NCBI RefSeq assembly: GCF_032191835.1 | Contig: NC_083227.1 | Location: forward strand, 22,382,001 to 22,446,000 | From: Heteronotia binoei | Lineage: Eukaryota | Reading direction: 5' to 3' | Length of the DNA stretch: 64,000 bases | Shown here: one piece after another, positions 1 to 13,039 of the stretch | How positions within the stretch are numbered: position 1 is the first letter of the stretch | Layout: each line of letters starts with the position of its first letter | Made by a program: the position numbers and the translations under genes | Notes under the pieces: model-generated | Databases searched by the model: none | The model's input: the letters and a program-made list of their open reading frames with translations, nothing else | What the model was told of the DNA's origin: nothing

Positions 1-596
1 AACTGCGTTCCTGTTTGTTCCTGCTCAAAAGGAAGCTCTGGTGCCCAGCCTCCACAGGAACTGATCTCCATCAACTCAAAACCAGTTGTAATTCTGGGTG
101 AGTGTACCAACCCTTATAGGGAGTGATGTCAACACAGCGAAGGCCTATTGGTCATGACAACCATTATTTATTTATACATTTTACACTGCTCTTCCTCCAA
201 AGAGGTATACTTTACATATTTCTGTACTGTATCTCCATGACCACCAGAAAGGGAGAGTGTGTGACTAGCCCAAGATCACCCTTCATTGGTCTAGAAGGAA
301 TCTGAACTCAGGTCTGCTTAGTCCTAATTCAGCCACTGGCTTGTATAAAATGTCCTTAAAGTCAACATAGTACAAAGTCTCTCTGAAATGAAATGTGGGT
401 TTGATGGGTGGCTTTCCCTCCCTGCAATCCAAGCACATGTAAGATTTTCTGCTCCCTTCCATGGGTTCTTGAATGTGTTTCAACAGTATGTGTAAAGCAT
501 TTCCATAACATAAATGGTTCTTGGAAAATCTCCCAGTTTGGATCTGTTAGGCTGGAACCGGAGCTCTTTGCCGTCATTCATCTCTAAGCACTGCAG

Positions 597-720
597 ACAT
601 AAGAACAGAAGAGAAGCCATGTTGGATCAGGCTAATGGCCCTTCCAGTCCAACACTGTGTCACACAGTGGCCAAAAACAGGAGCCATCAGGAGGTCCACC
701 AGCGGGGCCAGGGTACATTC
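597..720 (-). mobile_element. CR1 LINE 3' end
   Basis: Reverse complement of ...ggcctgatccaacatggcttctctt(a)tgttctt, the CR1 tail seen repeatedly in this window. Confidence 0.75.
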
Positions 721-1372
721 TCAAAAAAAATTCCCACCCACCAGAATTTTTACCAGTCCACGTGTGTGCCAGGGGTGTTCAAGAATTTCATATACGATGC
801 ACAGACGGTATTATGGGACCCACAAAATCAGCTGAACTGAGCAGCCCAGATCTCCACAGATCTCAGAAGCTAAGCTGGGTCAGGCCTGGTTGGACAGGAG
901 ACCATCAAGGAAGTTCAGGGTTGTTGTGCAGGGGCAGGCAATGTCAATCCACCTCTGAAAGTTTCTTGCCCTGAAAACCCTGCAGAGTCACCATAAGGCA
1001 GCTGAGACTTGATGGCGATTTCCATCCCCAAACTGTTTGCCAAAGGACACCCCCCACCCCACCCTTAATCTTTCCCCCAGTCAGTTTGTTCCCCAGGCAG
1101 TGGCTGATCTGGCTCTGACTTTTATTGCAAAAAGAGTGTTCTTGCTCAGAATGTGGTCCAGCCAATGAACAAATTAATTTGATGACATGGCGGTGCTGGG
1201 CAGCCAGCCAGAACTGGCTTTGTGATGACGTCATAAAGCCAAATCAGAGCAAGGCTCTCTGCCCTCACTAACGGGTGAACATTTTCTCCTGTTCCCTAGG
1301 CCCACAGAGGAGTTTCATGAAGGGCAAAGTTTTCCTTTGAAAAATGTCCTCATGCCCACACATACCTATGTT

Positions 1373-1541
1373 CAGGGGTGGAATTCTAGCAGGAGCTCCT
1401 TTGCATATTAGGCCACACACCCCTGATGTAGCCAATCCTCCAAGAACTTACAAGGCTCTTTTCTGTAAGCTCTTGGAGGACTGGCTACATCAGGAGTGTG
1501 TAGCCTAATATGCAAAGGAGTCCTGCTAGAATTCCACCCCA
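1373..1541. mobile_element. Fully palindromic hAT MITE (CAGGGGTGGAATTC / CAGGGCTTTTTT family)
   Basis: Almost end-to-end inverted repeat with a perfect 8-bp TSD CCTATGTT. Confidence 0.85.
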
Positions 1542-1696
1542 CCTATGTTTATCATCGCTAGTCTACCAACAGCCTTAACAAACCAAATGTCTTCCCATTT
1601 AGAAAAAGGCTCCCCGTTTAATCACCAGGAGGTTAATATGACTCGCCCTAGATGATCAGGCAGCCTGCCTATTTACAAGTCTCCTTTATCTATATA

Positions 1697-2661
1697 TCAC
1701 ACAGGTGTCCCGCTCTTTATCCCAGGAGCGCAGGTGGGCATACATGGGATCATCTGGTTGGCACAGTTGCCCTGCTGTGTGACTTCCCTAATCATGTGTT
1801 TCATAAGGTTCGTGTTACGCGTGAAGCTCATGCCGCAGTTGACACATTTGTGTGGTTTCTCTCCCGTGTGGGTTTTCTTGTGGCTCTTCAGGTTGGTGCT
1901 CCGGCTGAATCTTTTCCCACACTCTGAGCACTGATATGGTTTCTCTCCCGTGTGGATTCTTTGGTGGATAATAAGATGGTGGCTCAGGCCAAAGCTCTTC
2001 CCGCAGTCCAGGCACTCGTACGGTTTCTCTCCTGTGTGGGTTCTCTGATGTCTCATAAGGTGCTCGCCCCGGAGGAAACTCTTCCCGCAATCTGAGCATT
2101 TGTACGTTTTCTCTCCTGTGTGGATTCTCTGATGCCTCAGAAGGTGCTCGCCCCGAGAGAAGCTTTTCCCACAGTCTGGGCATTTGTATATCCTCTCTCC
2201 CGTGTGCAATTTCTGGTGGCTCACAAGGTTCCATCTATTAGAGAAGCTTTTGGGGCACTCTGAGCATTTGTATGGTTTGTCGCCCGCATGGGTTCTCTTG
2301 TGGCTGCAGAGCTGCGAGATCAGAGAGAAAGTTTCCCCGCAGTCGGTGCATTTGTAGTGTTTCTCCCCTGTGTGGATTCTCTGATGTCTGTAAAGCTCTG
2401 AGTCCTTTCCAAAAACTTTCCCACATATCAGGCACTTACTCCTTCGGCTTCCGTTACAGGTTCTCCTTTGCAAGCCTGGGTGACAAGTGACGGATTTATC
2501 ACCTGCATGACAAGCGATGGATTTATTCCTTTGCATTTCTGCCTCTCCCCCCTGCCAGGCACGTCCCTCTGGATTCCTGTTATTTTCTTCCAGCATGCAG
2601 TGCTTGATCTCTTCTATCTCCCTTTGCTGTTCTGCATTTACAACTGGCCAGCCTCCACCTG
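1697..2661 (-). CDS. Gene 1, terminal exon: 7 canonical C2H2 fingers + 1 degenerate finger (HMIRE)
   Basis: C-x2-C-x12-H-x3-H repeats with TGEKPY-type linkers. Phase-1 acceptor tcttctttcttgattccag|CAG. Confidence 0.9.
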
Positions 2662-2696
2662 CTGGAATCAAGAAAGAAGACCATTAAAAGAACAGT

Positions 2697-3221
2697 GGGG
2701 AGGGACAGTGGCTCAGTGGCAGAGCATCTGCTTGGTAAGCAGAGGGTCCCAGGTTCAATCCCTGGCATCTCCAACTAAAAAGGGGTCCAGGCAAATAGCT
2801 ATGAAAAACCTCAGCTTAAGACCCTGGAGAGCTGCTGCCAGTCTGAGTAGACAATACTGACTTTAAGAACATAAGAGAAGCCATGTTGGATCAGGCCAAT
2901 GGCCCATCCAGTCCAACACTCTGTGTCACACAGTGGCAAAAGATTTTATATATACACACACACTGTGGCTAATAGCCACTGATGGACCTCTGCTCCATAT
3001 TTTTATCTAAACCCCTCTTGAAGGTGGCTATGCTTGTGGCCGCCACCACCTCCTGTGGCAGTGAATTCCACATGTTAATCACCCTTTGGGTGAAGAAGTA
3101 CTTCCTTTTATCCGTTTTAACCTGTCTGCTCAGCAATTTCATCGAATGCCCACAAGTTCTTGTATTGTGAGACTTGGATGGACTGAGGGTCTGATTCAGT
3201 ATAAAGCAGCTTCATATGTTC
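2697..3221 (+). mobile_element. tRNA-derived SINE (Squam2-like) split by CR1
   Basis: A-box TGGCTCAGTGG and B-box GGTTCAATCCC. The body resumes at ~3172. Related fragments at ~13640-13790 (-) and ~36395-36590 (+). Confidence 0.65.
2864..3170 (-). mobile_element. CR1 3' fragment nested in a SINE
   Basis: Minus strand encodes ..DKRKYFFTQRVINMWNSLPQEVVAATSI.. followed by the tail. Flanked by short GACTT repeats. Confidence 0.8.
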
Positions 3222-5914
3222 AACACCAGAGATATGATTAATTATACCTATAAAGGGGCCTTATTGGTTCACCCAGACCAGTATTTTCTACTCTGTGCTC
3301 TCCAAAATCTCAGGCCCAGAAAGGTATAGGGGACTGAACCTGGGTCCTTGTTATTATTTTACTATATGTTTGGTGTAGTGGTTAAGTGCACCGACTCTTA
3401 TCTAGGAGAACTGAGTTTGATTCCCAACTCCTCTGCATGCACCTGCTGATGTGATCTTGAGTCAGTCACAAGTTCTCGGAGAGCCGTTCCTCTCAAGAGC
3501 ACTTTTGTTACTTGTAAAAAATTGCTATTGCAAATAAAAAATATAAATGTAAAAAAAGAGAGAACAGTTTCTGTCTGAATTCTCTCAGCTCCATCTACCT
3601 CACAGGCAGTGTTCCCTCAGAGCTGAGTTAGTGTGAGCTAGCACACAGATTTTTGGCCTCCGGTTCACACGTTTTTGTCTTAGCTCAGGAAAGATAGCCC
3701 GAGAGCAAACTAATTTATGCAGCAGCTCACAACTTTAATGCCAGTAGCTCACAAAGTAGAATTTTTGCTCACAAGATTCCATGGCTTAGACGGAACATTG
3801 CTCACAGAGTGTCTGTTGTGGGGAGGGAAAGGAGATTGTAAGCTGCTCTGAGACTCCTTTGGGTAGTGAAGGGTGTGGAATAAATCCAATCTCCTCCTCT
3901 TTTTCTACACTGGTCCTGCTGCATTGTAATTGAGGGTGGGGGGAGTTGTATGTATGTATGTCTGTGTTTTGCACCTGGAAGTTATGGTGATTGACCCCAA
4001 CTGGGGGCCTGAAGGATATTCAGAGAGGTGGCTGAATAGAGCCTGCCTTGTCCTCTTGACTGGGTATTCGAAAGGAGATCTCCAATCCAGGCTGACTGAA
4101 CCACAGTCAACCCTGCTTTCAAGATCTGCATAGTTAAATTTTGTAAAATCCCTAGAGCCTTGGCAAGGAAGGCAGACTATGAACAAATGTTTTATTTCCT
4201 TTGCTACTTATTTTATTGTGTTTGTAGTCCACCTTTCGCACTGAAACTCAGTGCAGTTTACAATGTGAGTTGATGTGATGAACAGTAGTAGAATACTCCC
4301 TCTAAGCTGCGGAGTCTTGCGAGCAAAAATTCTACTGTGTGAGCTGCTGGCATTAAAATGTGAGCTACTGCATCAATTAGTTTGCTCTGGGGCCATTTCT
4401 CCTGAGCTGATGTTGCTTAGAAAGCACACAAAAGCTCACGTTCTGAATAAACTTGGTTGGTCTTAAAGGTGCCACTTGACTCCTGCTTTGTTCAACTAAG
4501 GCAAAAATGTGTGAGCAAGAGGCTTAAAAACTGTGAGTTAGCTCACACTAACTCAGCTTAGAGGAAACACTGGTAGGAACGGATTCCAAAACTAGAAAAC
4601 AATGTGATAAAAACGGTAGAAGACATAAGAAATGCAAAACCCCACAATTCCATTTCGCTGTCTTAAGGCCTCAACCTGGATGGTCCACACTAGTCGCATT
4701 CTGCCAGATCTTAGCAACTAGCAAATACTGCTACAAACAGCACCACTGAAAACAATAATAATACATATGCTTAAATTCTTATATAGGTTTTTTTTTACAT
4801 TTAGTCTTATTATTATCACCAAAAAAGAAAAAACAAACAAAAGATACACCATCAAACAAGACAAACGCACACACACAAAAAGGATGGAGAATGCATTTTC
4901 TATACATAACACAACCCTAACGTACAATCACATATAACGTACAATCACAAATAAAATAAAATAAAATTACCTACCTACATATCCTTTTCACCATTGTTTT
5001 AACTTCTCTTCACTCTAGCTACTACCTCAGCAGTCTCTTTGCCAACTTCGCTCTTTACAATAATCCATTATTTAGATTTATATATCCAATCATTTGGTGG
5101 TAATCACTTCCATACCTCAAGCTAATTCTCTTCTATTTCAGTATATATGACAGGGTATTTTTTTTCTTCTTTCTCTTATTTCCCTTTCTCTCCCTCTCTC
5201 TCTTCTTTATTGGATGGGAGTCATTTATAGAGGTTAATTAGGGTTGCCAAGTCCAATTCAAGAAATATCTGGGGACTTTGGGAATGGAGCCAGGAGACTT
5301 TGGGGGCAGAGCCAGGAGCAAGGGTGGGACAAGCATAATTGAACTCCAAGGGAGCTCTGGCCATCACATTTAAAGGGACCACACACCTTTTTAAATGCCT
5401 TCCTTCCATAGGAAATGATGAACAATAGGGGCACCTTCTTTTGGGGCTCATAGAATTGGACCCCCTGATTCAATCTTTTTGAAGCTTGGGGGGTATTTGG
5501 GGGAGAGGCACTAGATGCTATACTGAAAATGTAGTGCCTCTACCTCAAAAAACATACCCCCCCAGAGCCCCCGATACCTCCATATCAATTCCTCATTATA
5601 CCCTATGAGAATCGATCTTCAGATAGGTAATAATGAAGTGCCCAGCAGACATTTCCCTCCCCCACCCCTTTCTGGCTACTCTGAAGCTAGGGATTGGCGT
5701 CTCTACTCACGAGTCGCTGCCAACGTCTTCAAAGTAACACAGACACACCATCCCAAGAGGATGCCTTTCAATCAGAGACTGAAGCCTCTGGAGGTGGAAA
5801 GTCACATGGTGGCTTTGGGGGCGGGGCTCCCCCCACTGGTCAGCTGACTGGGGGCAGGAAGGAGCCTGAGAAAGCGGAAGAACCCCCGCTGGGACCTGGG
5901 GATTGGCAAGCCTA

Positions 5915-7070
5915 AGGCGAATGTTGATTTTAGTCTTCTCTTCTTCATTAGCCATGGAATTTCTCTCAACTGCTTAGTCTTTCTTTCGGTAATCTTTAGT
6001 GACTGATCCATAAAAATTTTCCAAACCGTCTCCTTAAATATTTTTCTATTAACCCTTCCATGTTTACCCCTCTGAAGTGGGTACTTTCCAATATCAACTA
6101 ATCTGTCCCTCAGTAAACCATCTGTTTCTTTCTCCATATCTAAAGACTCAATTTGCCTTATCACGGCCCATGCATCATTTGATCTTTGTATTGGGGCCTC
6201 TTGCACTCCAGATCCCAAGGCCTCACTCAATACACCAGATAAGCCTTCCTGTACCTGCTGTCCTGGTATATATGCTGTCTGCTTTGCCTCCAATCCAACC
6301 AGCTTTTCTTCTGACTTTTGAACTGTTTCTATGACTTCCTCCTTTTGGCTCATTTCCTTCATCTCCAAACCATAAGACTTGACCATTTAACTTGAACCAA
6401 ACACTTCCACTTTTAAATCAGTTATCTTTCCCTGCAAACCATCCACTTTTGAATTTAGCCTTCCAATCTGACCTAACAGATTGCCCTGCATCTGACTCAA
6501 CGCTGTTGCTAGATACATTTGCATACTGGTTTGCCATTCTTCAACAATCTCCTGTGTAATCATATCATGCACTGGTTCAGGAATCCCTGAGGGTGAGGGT
6601 GTCATTCTCCCTGTCTTACTCATCATATATAGGCTGAGTTTATCTCCTACTCCTTAATTTACTTTTTTTTTTAAACAAAAATGTTTTACCTTCCCTTATC
6701 CCTGTTCCAATTCAAATTAAACTACTCAATTCATTAGTTCACAAGATCACACTATAACAACTTAAGTTAGCTATTTCTCTCACCGTTAATTACTATTCCC
6801 TTGACAAAAATCACCAGTCACCAACCCCACTATGGACCATTCACTATTCACCAAATTCCAGTCACCCATACACTCACAATGCTCCACAATATTTCATTAA
6901 CTACCAGAGTGAATCATTCTAAACAATCAGAGCCAAACAATATAAACAATAATTAAATACTCAGTCTATCCAGTATTAGACTCCCATCAGTCAAGATATT
7001 GTAGTGTATTTATTACCCAAAGTTCATCAAGTATTCAGTTTAAATATCTCTTTCCAGTCTATAATATTTC
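5915..7070 (-). mobile_element. L1-like LINE ORF1 + 5' region remnant
   Basis: ORFs 6387-6626 and 5802-6386 are in the same frame, separated by one stop. Coiled-coil-like N-terminus and a ...KQLREIPWLMKKRR segment resembling squamate L1 ORF1p (from recall). Confidence 0.5.
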
Positions 7071-7484
7071 CGCCAGCTTTCCTTCCTGTCTTCCTAACAC
7101 TCACGTAGGTGCAGGGGTGGAATTCTAGCAGGAGCTCCTTTGCATATTAGGCCACACCTTTCTGATGTAGCCAATCCTCCAAGAGCTTACAAAAAAGAGC
7201 CTTGTAAGCTCTTGGAGAATTCGCTATGTCAGGATGGTGTGGCCTAATATGCATAGGAGCTCCTGCTAGAATTACACCCCTGCATAGGCGCCTTTGGAAA
7301 CTACATTTCCCAGAGTTCCTGGCATCTGGGAGGCTGTTTGTAGCCTGGCCAGTCAGCAACTCCACCAACTGCAGATACCCTCAGTAGTCAGAAAAGCAGT
7401 TTGTGAATGTTAAGATCTTTGAGAAAGTCGACAAAGAATAGACAAGAAAACCCCAAATCTATTTTGGATTGAACAGATTCTTAC

Positions 7485-7611
7485 TGAGAGCGCGGCCGTC
7501 TCCTCCCTCTTGCTTGACCTCTCTGCTGGTTTGTGTTCTTGTGGTTTCTGGAGTAATCCCTTCTGCCAGTGGAAAATTCACACCCCAGTCCTGGAATAGC
7601 TTCCCTTGCAC
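7485..7611 (-). CDS. Gene 1, linker exon (VQGKLFQDWGVNFPLAEG...VKQEGGDGRAL; phase 0 to 1)
   Basis: Acceptor ttcttcttctag|GTG and donor CTCA|gtaaga. 127 nt, open, and joins the SCAN exon to the finger exon in frame. Confidence 0.7.
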
Positions 7612-7613
7612 CT

Positions 7614-7885
7614 AGAAGAAGAAGATATTGGATTTATATCCCGCTCTTCACTCTGAACCTCAGAGCGGCTCACAATCTCCTTTCCCTTTCTTCCCCACAA
7701 CAAACAACCTGTGAGGTAGGTGGGGCTGAGAGGGCTCTCCCAGAAGCTGCCCTTTCAAGGACAGCTCTGCGAGAGCTGTGACTGACCCAAGGCCATTCCA
7801 GCAGCTGCAAGTGGAGGAGTGGGGAAGCAAACCCAGTTCTCCCAGATAAGAGTCTGCGCACTTAACCACTACACCAAACCAGCCA
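7614..7885 (-). mobile_element. tRNA-derived SINE (Squam3-like) abutting the acceptor of the gene 1 linker exon
   Basis: Head TTTGGTGTAGTGGTTAAG and tail ATAAATCCAATATC(TTC)n. Confidence 0.85.
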
Positions 7886-8418
7886 CAGACACGTTAGGCC
7901 TCTGACTCCATAGAAGGAAATATTGTTTCCCCATGCAGTGTGGCATGTTTTGTTATTAATGTGTTAATCCCAATGGTGACAATATTCAGGGCTTTTTTTG
8001 TAGCAGGAACTCCTTTGCATATTAGGTCACACACCCCTGATGTAGCTAATCCTTCAAGAATTTACAGTAGACCCTGTACTAAGAGTCCTGTAAGCTCTTG
8101 GAGGATTGGCTACATCAGGGGTGTATTGCCTAATATGCAAAGGAGTTCCTGCTACAAAAAAAGCCCTGATTATTCATAACAAGAGCCGTGATAAATATAC
8201 ATGGTAGAGTTGTCAGACTCCCGGTGGGACCTGGAGATCCCCTGGAATTACAGCTCATCTCCAGACAGCAGAGATCAGTTTCCCTGCAAAAAATGGATGC
8301 TTTGGAAAGTGAACTCTATGGCATTGTACCTGTCTTCCCTAGCCCCTGTCCTCCCCAGCCTCCTCCCCCAAATCGCCAGGAATTTCCCAACCTGGATTTG
8401 GCAATTCTACCCCCATAC

Positions 8419-8915
8419 TAGGGTTGCCAAGTCCAATTAAAGAAATATCTGGGGACTTTGGGGGTGGAGCCAGGAGACATTAGGGGTGGAGCCAAGATCA
8501 AGGCTGTGACAAGCATAATTGAACTCCAAAGGGAGTTCTGGCCATCACATTTAAAGGGCCATCACCTTTTAAATGCCTTCCTTCCACAGGAAATAATGGA
8601 TAGGGGCACTTTCTTTTGGGGCTCATAGAATTGAACTACCTGGTCCAATCGTTTTGAAACTTGGGGGTTATTTTGGGGAGAGGCACTAGATGCTGTACTG
8701 AAAATTTGGTAGCTCTACCTCAAAAAACAGCTTCCCCAGAGCCCCAGATACCCGCGGATCAATTCTCCATTATTTTCTATGGGAATAAATCTCCATAGGG
8801 AATAATAGAGTTCCCAGCAGACCTTTCCCTCCCCTCCCCCGCTTTCTGACGACCCTGAAGCGGGGGGAGGGCCTCCAGGGGATCCCCTGCCCCCACGTGG
8901 AGATTGGCAACCCTA
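8419..8915. mobile_element. hAT MITE with TAGGGTTGCC termini (Blackjack-like ends)
   Basis: TIR TAGGGTTGCCAA...TTGGCAACCCTA and a perfect 8-bp TSD CCCCATAC. Confidence 0.85.
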
Positions 8916-9399
8916 CCCCATACTCCACTGGTGGTCCGGGGGGGGGGTGGCTACTGTGGGGCTCTAGAAAATTTGAAACTTTATGTGTATTATTCTTCAA
9001 ATGTATTAATTTCTTTTTTTAATCTTATGACACATGGATAAATTTTCATTGCACTTTATGTACATTATATTGCTAGTTGCATTTTTATTCCAAGACAACA
9101 CTGTAAACTAGGGTAGGTTGAAAAAGTGAGCGTTCCAAGGTCACCCACTGAGCCTAATGGCTGTGGGGGTGATTGGAACCCAGGTCTCCCTGTTCATAGT
9201 CCAACACTAAACCAGCTAGCTCTTCAGGATTATTTTATAATCCTTTCAACAACCCTGTAAGGTAGTGTTCTATGATTAATCCCTCGGGTTTGAGAGCAGG
9301 GCTCACCTACGGCCACTTAACAAGTTCACGGCAGAAGTGAGATTTGAATCAGGGTCCATAGTCCCCAACTCTGGACCGCTCCCAATGAAACCCTCTCAC

Positions 9400-10203
9400 C
9401 TGCCGCTCCTGTCCCTTGGTCACTTCCTGCCTCAGGAGGAAATCCTCCACCAGGGCCACTGCCTGGGAGCAGCTCTTGGATCCCCGCTCCTTCACCCAGC
9501 ACTGGATCTCCTGGGGCAGGATGGCTAAGAACTGCTCCAGGATCACCAAGTCCAGGATCTGCTCCTTGGTGCATAGTTCCGGCTGTAGCCACTGACGACA
9601 AAGATCCCAGAGGTGGCCATAAACTTCCCGCGGCCCCTTGGCTTCCTGGTAGCGGAACTGCCTGAAGTTTCGGCGCCATACCTCTGAGCCGACTGCTTCC
9701 TCCCCCTTGACTTTTTTCAGTTGCCCGGATCCTCTTTCCTCCGTGGTGTCCAGCTCTCCACCAGCCCAAGGCGCCCCTCCGTTCATTCCAAGCAGGGGTC
9801 TGGCTGCCCCTTCTTCTGCCAGCCACTGGGTACTGGTGACAGCTAGTCCCTCAAAAAGGCCAAGGGAGGTCTTCGTATCGCCCCACTGTGTTGTCTCAGC
9901 GAGCTGCGCGTTATATAGACATCCAGACTGAGGGACCTGAACTGTCTTGAGGAATTCCTGCCACTGGGCTTCCCACCTCTGCAACACCGGTCCGTCTACC
10001 AGTTCCCTCTTAAACATCTGAGGGGGGCCCCACCTCAGGCACTGCTCAAAGGGCCCCCCTGCTGGAACAACACGAGGGGCTCCCCCGGCTCTCTCCAATC
10101 CCATTTTCAAAATGGCCGCTTCACCCACATTGGCTTCTGTCTGCAGCCCGGACTCCAGGAACCGGAGACCCAAAGCCGACACCTCTCCCAATTCAGCAGC
10201 CAT
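9400..10203 (-). CDS. Gene 1, first coding exon: N-terminal extension + SCAN domain (268 aa)
   Basis: ORF 9349-10203 contains the SCAN signature FRQFRYQEAKGPREVYGHLWDLCRQWLQPE..TKEQILDLVILEQFLAILPQEIQCWV. Phase-0 donor CAG|GTGAGA at 9400/9399. Confidence 0.9.
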
Positions 10204-11004
10204 GTTTGCTGAGCCCCAACTTCAGCTCCTTCTTCAAGAAACGTCTGACCAAGTGGTTTTCCTCTTGTTTGTACAAAATGGCTCACGTTCTCCTTCACCG
10301 TCCCACGAAAATGAGATAGGAACACCCTCACCTCGGGTTCCTAATGCCAGTACAACACAGCAGTTCTGCAAGATTACAGGGTCCCTGTCATCAGCAAATT
10401 TGGCAAAACTGAGAACATTTTCCCAGGTGACCTTTTCTGTGGAGGAACAGAAAAGTGAAATGATATGTGTACACCTTTTGCAGAAGGAAAAAAAAATCTG
10501 AGTTAATTCAGTGTGGGTCAATTCAGACATTAGGGTTGCCAAGTCTGTGTTGGAAAATACCTGGAGGCTTTGAGGGTGGATCTGGGAGAGGGCAGGGTTT
10601 GGGAGGGGAGGGGCCTCAGTATGGTCCAATGCCACAGACTCCACCCTTCCAAGCAGCCATTATCTCAAGGCGAGCTGATCTCTGCCAGCTGGAGATCAGT
10701 TATAAAAGTGGGAGATCTCCAGGCCCCACCTGGAATCTGGCAACCCTACTTGATTATCCAATTCATGGTATCTCCAGTTCAAGGAACTGTGGTACTGGGA
10801 AAGCCTGAGAGACCAGAGAAGTTCTGCCAGAGAAGTCCCCTATTTCTTCCCACCAAACCTCCTTCTCCTTTTATCAGGGTGAGATTTAGAGCCACCTCCA
10901 ATACAAAACCTATTGCTTATCGGAGATTTGGGGGCAGAAGATGAGGAGGGAGAGGTCTAAGGAGGGAAGGGAGTTCAGCTGGTACGTAATGAAGATTCTG
11001 TGAA

Positions 11005-11097
11005 TTTAGGGGGAGGTATTTGTGAGTTTCCTGCATTGTGCAGGGGGTTGGATTAGATGATCCTGGAGCTCCCTTCCAACTCTATGATTCTATGATG
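11005..11097 (+). mobile_element. CR1 3' end with ATTCTATG-type tail
   Basis: ...ccttccaactctatgattctatgat. A related minus copy lies at ~15775-15880. Confidence 0.75.
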
Positions 11098-13039
11098 CCG
11101 AATACATAAAGCCTATCTTCCAAAGCCACCATTTCCTCCAAGCAGGGCATTTTTTGTAGCAGGAGCTCCTTTGCATATTAGGCCACACACCCCTGATGTA
11201 GCCAATCCTCCAAGAGCTTACAGGGCTCTCAGTACAGGACCTACTGTAAGCTCTTGGAGGATTGGCTACATCAGGATGGTGTGACCTAATATGCAAAGGA
11301 GTTCCTGCTGCAGAAAAAGCCCTGCCTCCAGGGGAAGCAATCTCTGCAGTGAGCAGATCATTTGTTATTCTGGAGGAACTCCAGGCCCGACTTGGAGGAT
11401 GGCCACCTTTAATGTGGGAAGGTTAAAATCCCCACACACATTCTCCCTTCCTCCCTTATATCTCGCAATGACCCTGTGAGGTAGATTGGCCTGAGTGCTT
11501 GACTGGCCCAAGGTCATCTAGTAAGCTTCCATGGGGAAGCAGAAATTCAGAAGTGGGTCTCCCCAATGTTTGTCTGATGTTCTGTTTCTCCAGTGCTGTC
11601 AAAGGACATCAAGATGAAAATTAAAAACCTAGCTCACTGTTTGCCTGTCTGTCTCTTGACCTGTGTTCTCCATGTTGTTAAGTATTTGATGCCCTCAATG
11701 TCAGTGAAACTGGCAATCAGGGGTGGAATTCTCGCAGGAGCTCCTTTGCATATTAGGCCACACACCCCTGATGTAGCCAATCCTCCAAGAGCTTACAAGG
11801 CTCTTTTTTGTAAGCTCCAGGAGGATTGGCTATATCAGGGGTGTGTGGCCTAATAAGCAAAGGAGCTCCTGCTAGAATTCCACCCCGGTTGACAATGATC
11901 CAGTGAGCAAAAGTAAAGAAGCACTGTGTGAATCCAACATGTTCAAAATGAGTCACTTGGCTGCTTTCGTTCACCCTTAGAGCATGGAACCTTTTAAGTC
12001 CTTATGTAATTTTATTATCTTATTTTGTTAATTGCTCTGGTTGGGTTACAACATAAAATTATTCAAAATTTGTGGCTGGCTGGTTTTTGTTCCTTGAATA
12101 TATCTGTTAAGAATGAGTACTGCAGTATTTTAGAGGCAGTCAACACTACTGAATGACATCCTAATGAATGTGTATTTTTTTCCTATCTCCTTTTTTAATT
12201 TTTGGCCTCTGTATTAACAAAACAGACCGGCTCGTCATTGTTTCTTTTTCTATTATTATTGCTTGTTAATGGAACTTGTATAATTCTTCAATAAAGTTAC
12301 ATTGGTTGCAACCCCCCCCCCCATAAAATTGTAACAATTTCAACAATCCCTTTCAAAACTTTAAAAACATACAATTACCAATCAAGAAACAATAAGATGA
12401 GATGCAACCCAAGAATCATACCATACTGACTCCATTTCTAAGTTAATTTGCCTTTTTTTTGCCTTTTCTTTTTTTAATGAAACTTTAAAAAAACGATATG
12501 CAACAAGAGCAGCCAAATGTTCACAGGCCCTTTAAATCCCCTCCCCCAGACAAAAACCTATAATCACACATCTCTACCATCATCCTAGGCTCAGATTCGA
12601 ACAGGCAAAGTTCCAGAGGCTGATACAGCAACAAGACAATCTGAACAAAAGAAAAGGCTGCATAATTAACTCCCTACCAAGAGCATACACACGGACAGAG
12701 CTCAGAAGAGCTCAGTTTATGGAATGCACGGAAAATTATGATAGTCTGGCCAGATCGGAGGGTTACGGGCAGTGTTCCCTCTGAGCTGAGTTAGTGTGAG
12801 CTAGCTCACAGTTTTTTGGCCTCCGACTCAAACAATTTTTGCCTTAGCTCAGGAAAAACGGCCCCAGAGCCAGCTAATTTCTGCAGTAGCTCACAATTTG
12901 AATGCCAGCAGCTCACAAAATAGAGTTTTTGCTCGCAAGACCCCCCCCCCCCCCCCACAGCTTAAAGGGAGTGTTGGTTACGGGTATGCCAACTCAGTAA
13001 CTCTCAGATCAGGCCATACTAACAGAATATGAGAGAGAG

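Noticed and set aside
1225-1234. Perfect CRE palindrome ATGACGTCAT
   Set aside because: A single 10-mer downstream of gene 1 with no supporting promoter context; it could be chance or repeat-derived.
2697-2775. tRNA-like sequence with A and B boxes
   Set aside because: It continues into a SINE body, and no complete acceptor stem is evident. It is a SINE head, not a tRNA gene.
3975-4125. Exon-like segment in the gene 1 intron (atgcag|ATC...CCAG|gtgc)
   Set aside because: It is open only as phase 1 to 2, which does not fit the phase-1 finger exon. The phase-0 reading contains a TAA, and the donor is weak.
12240-12770. Possible decayed non-LTR retrotransposon 3' region
   Set aside because: No convincing motif was recovered by manual translation, so it is left unclassified.
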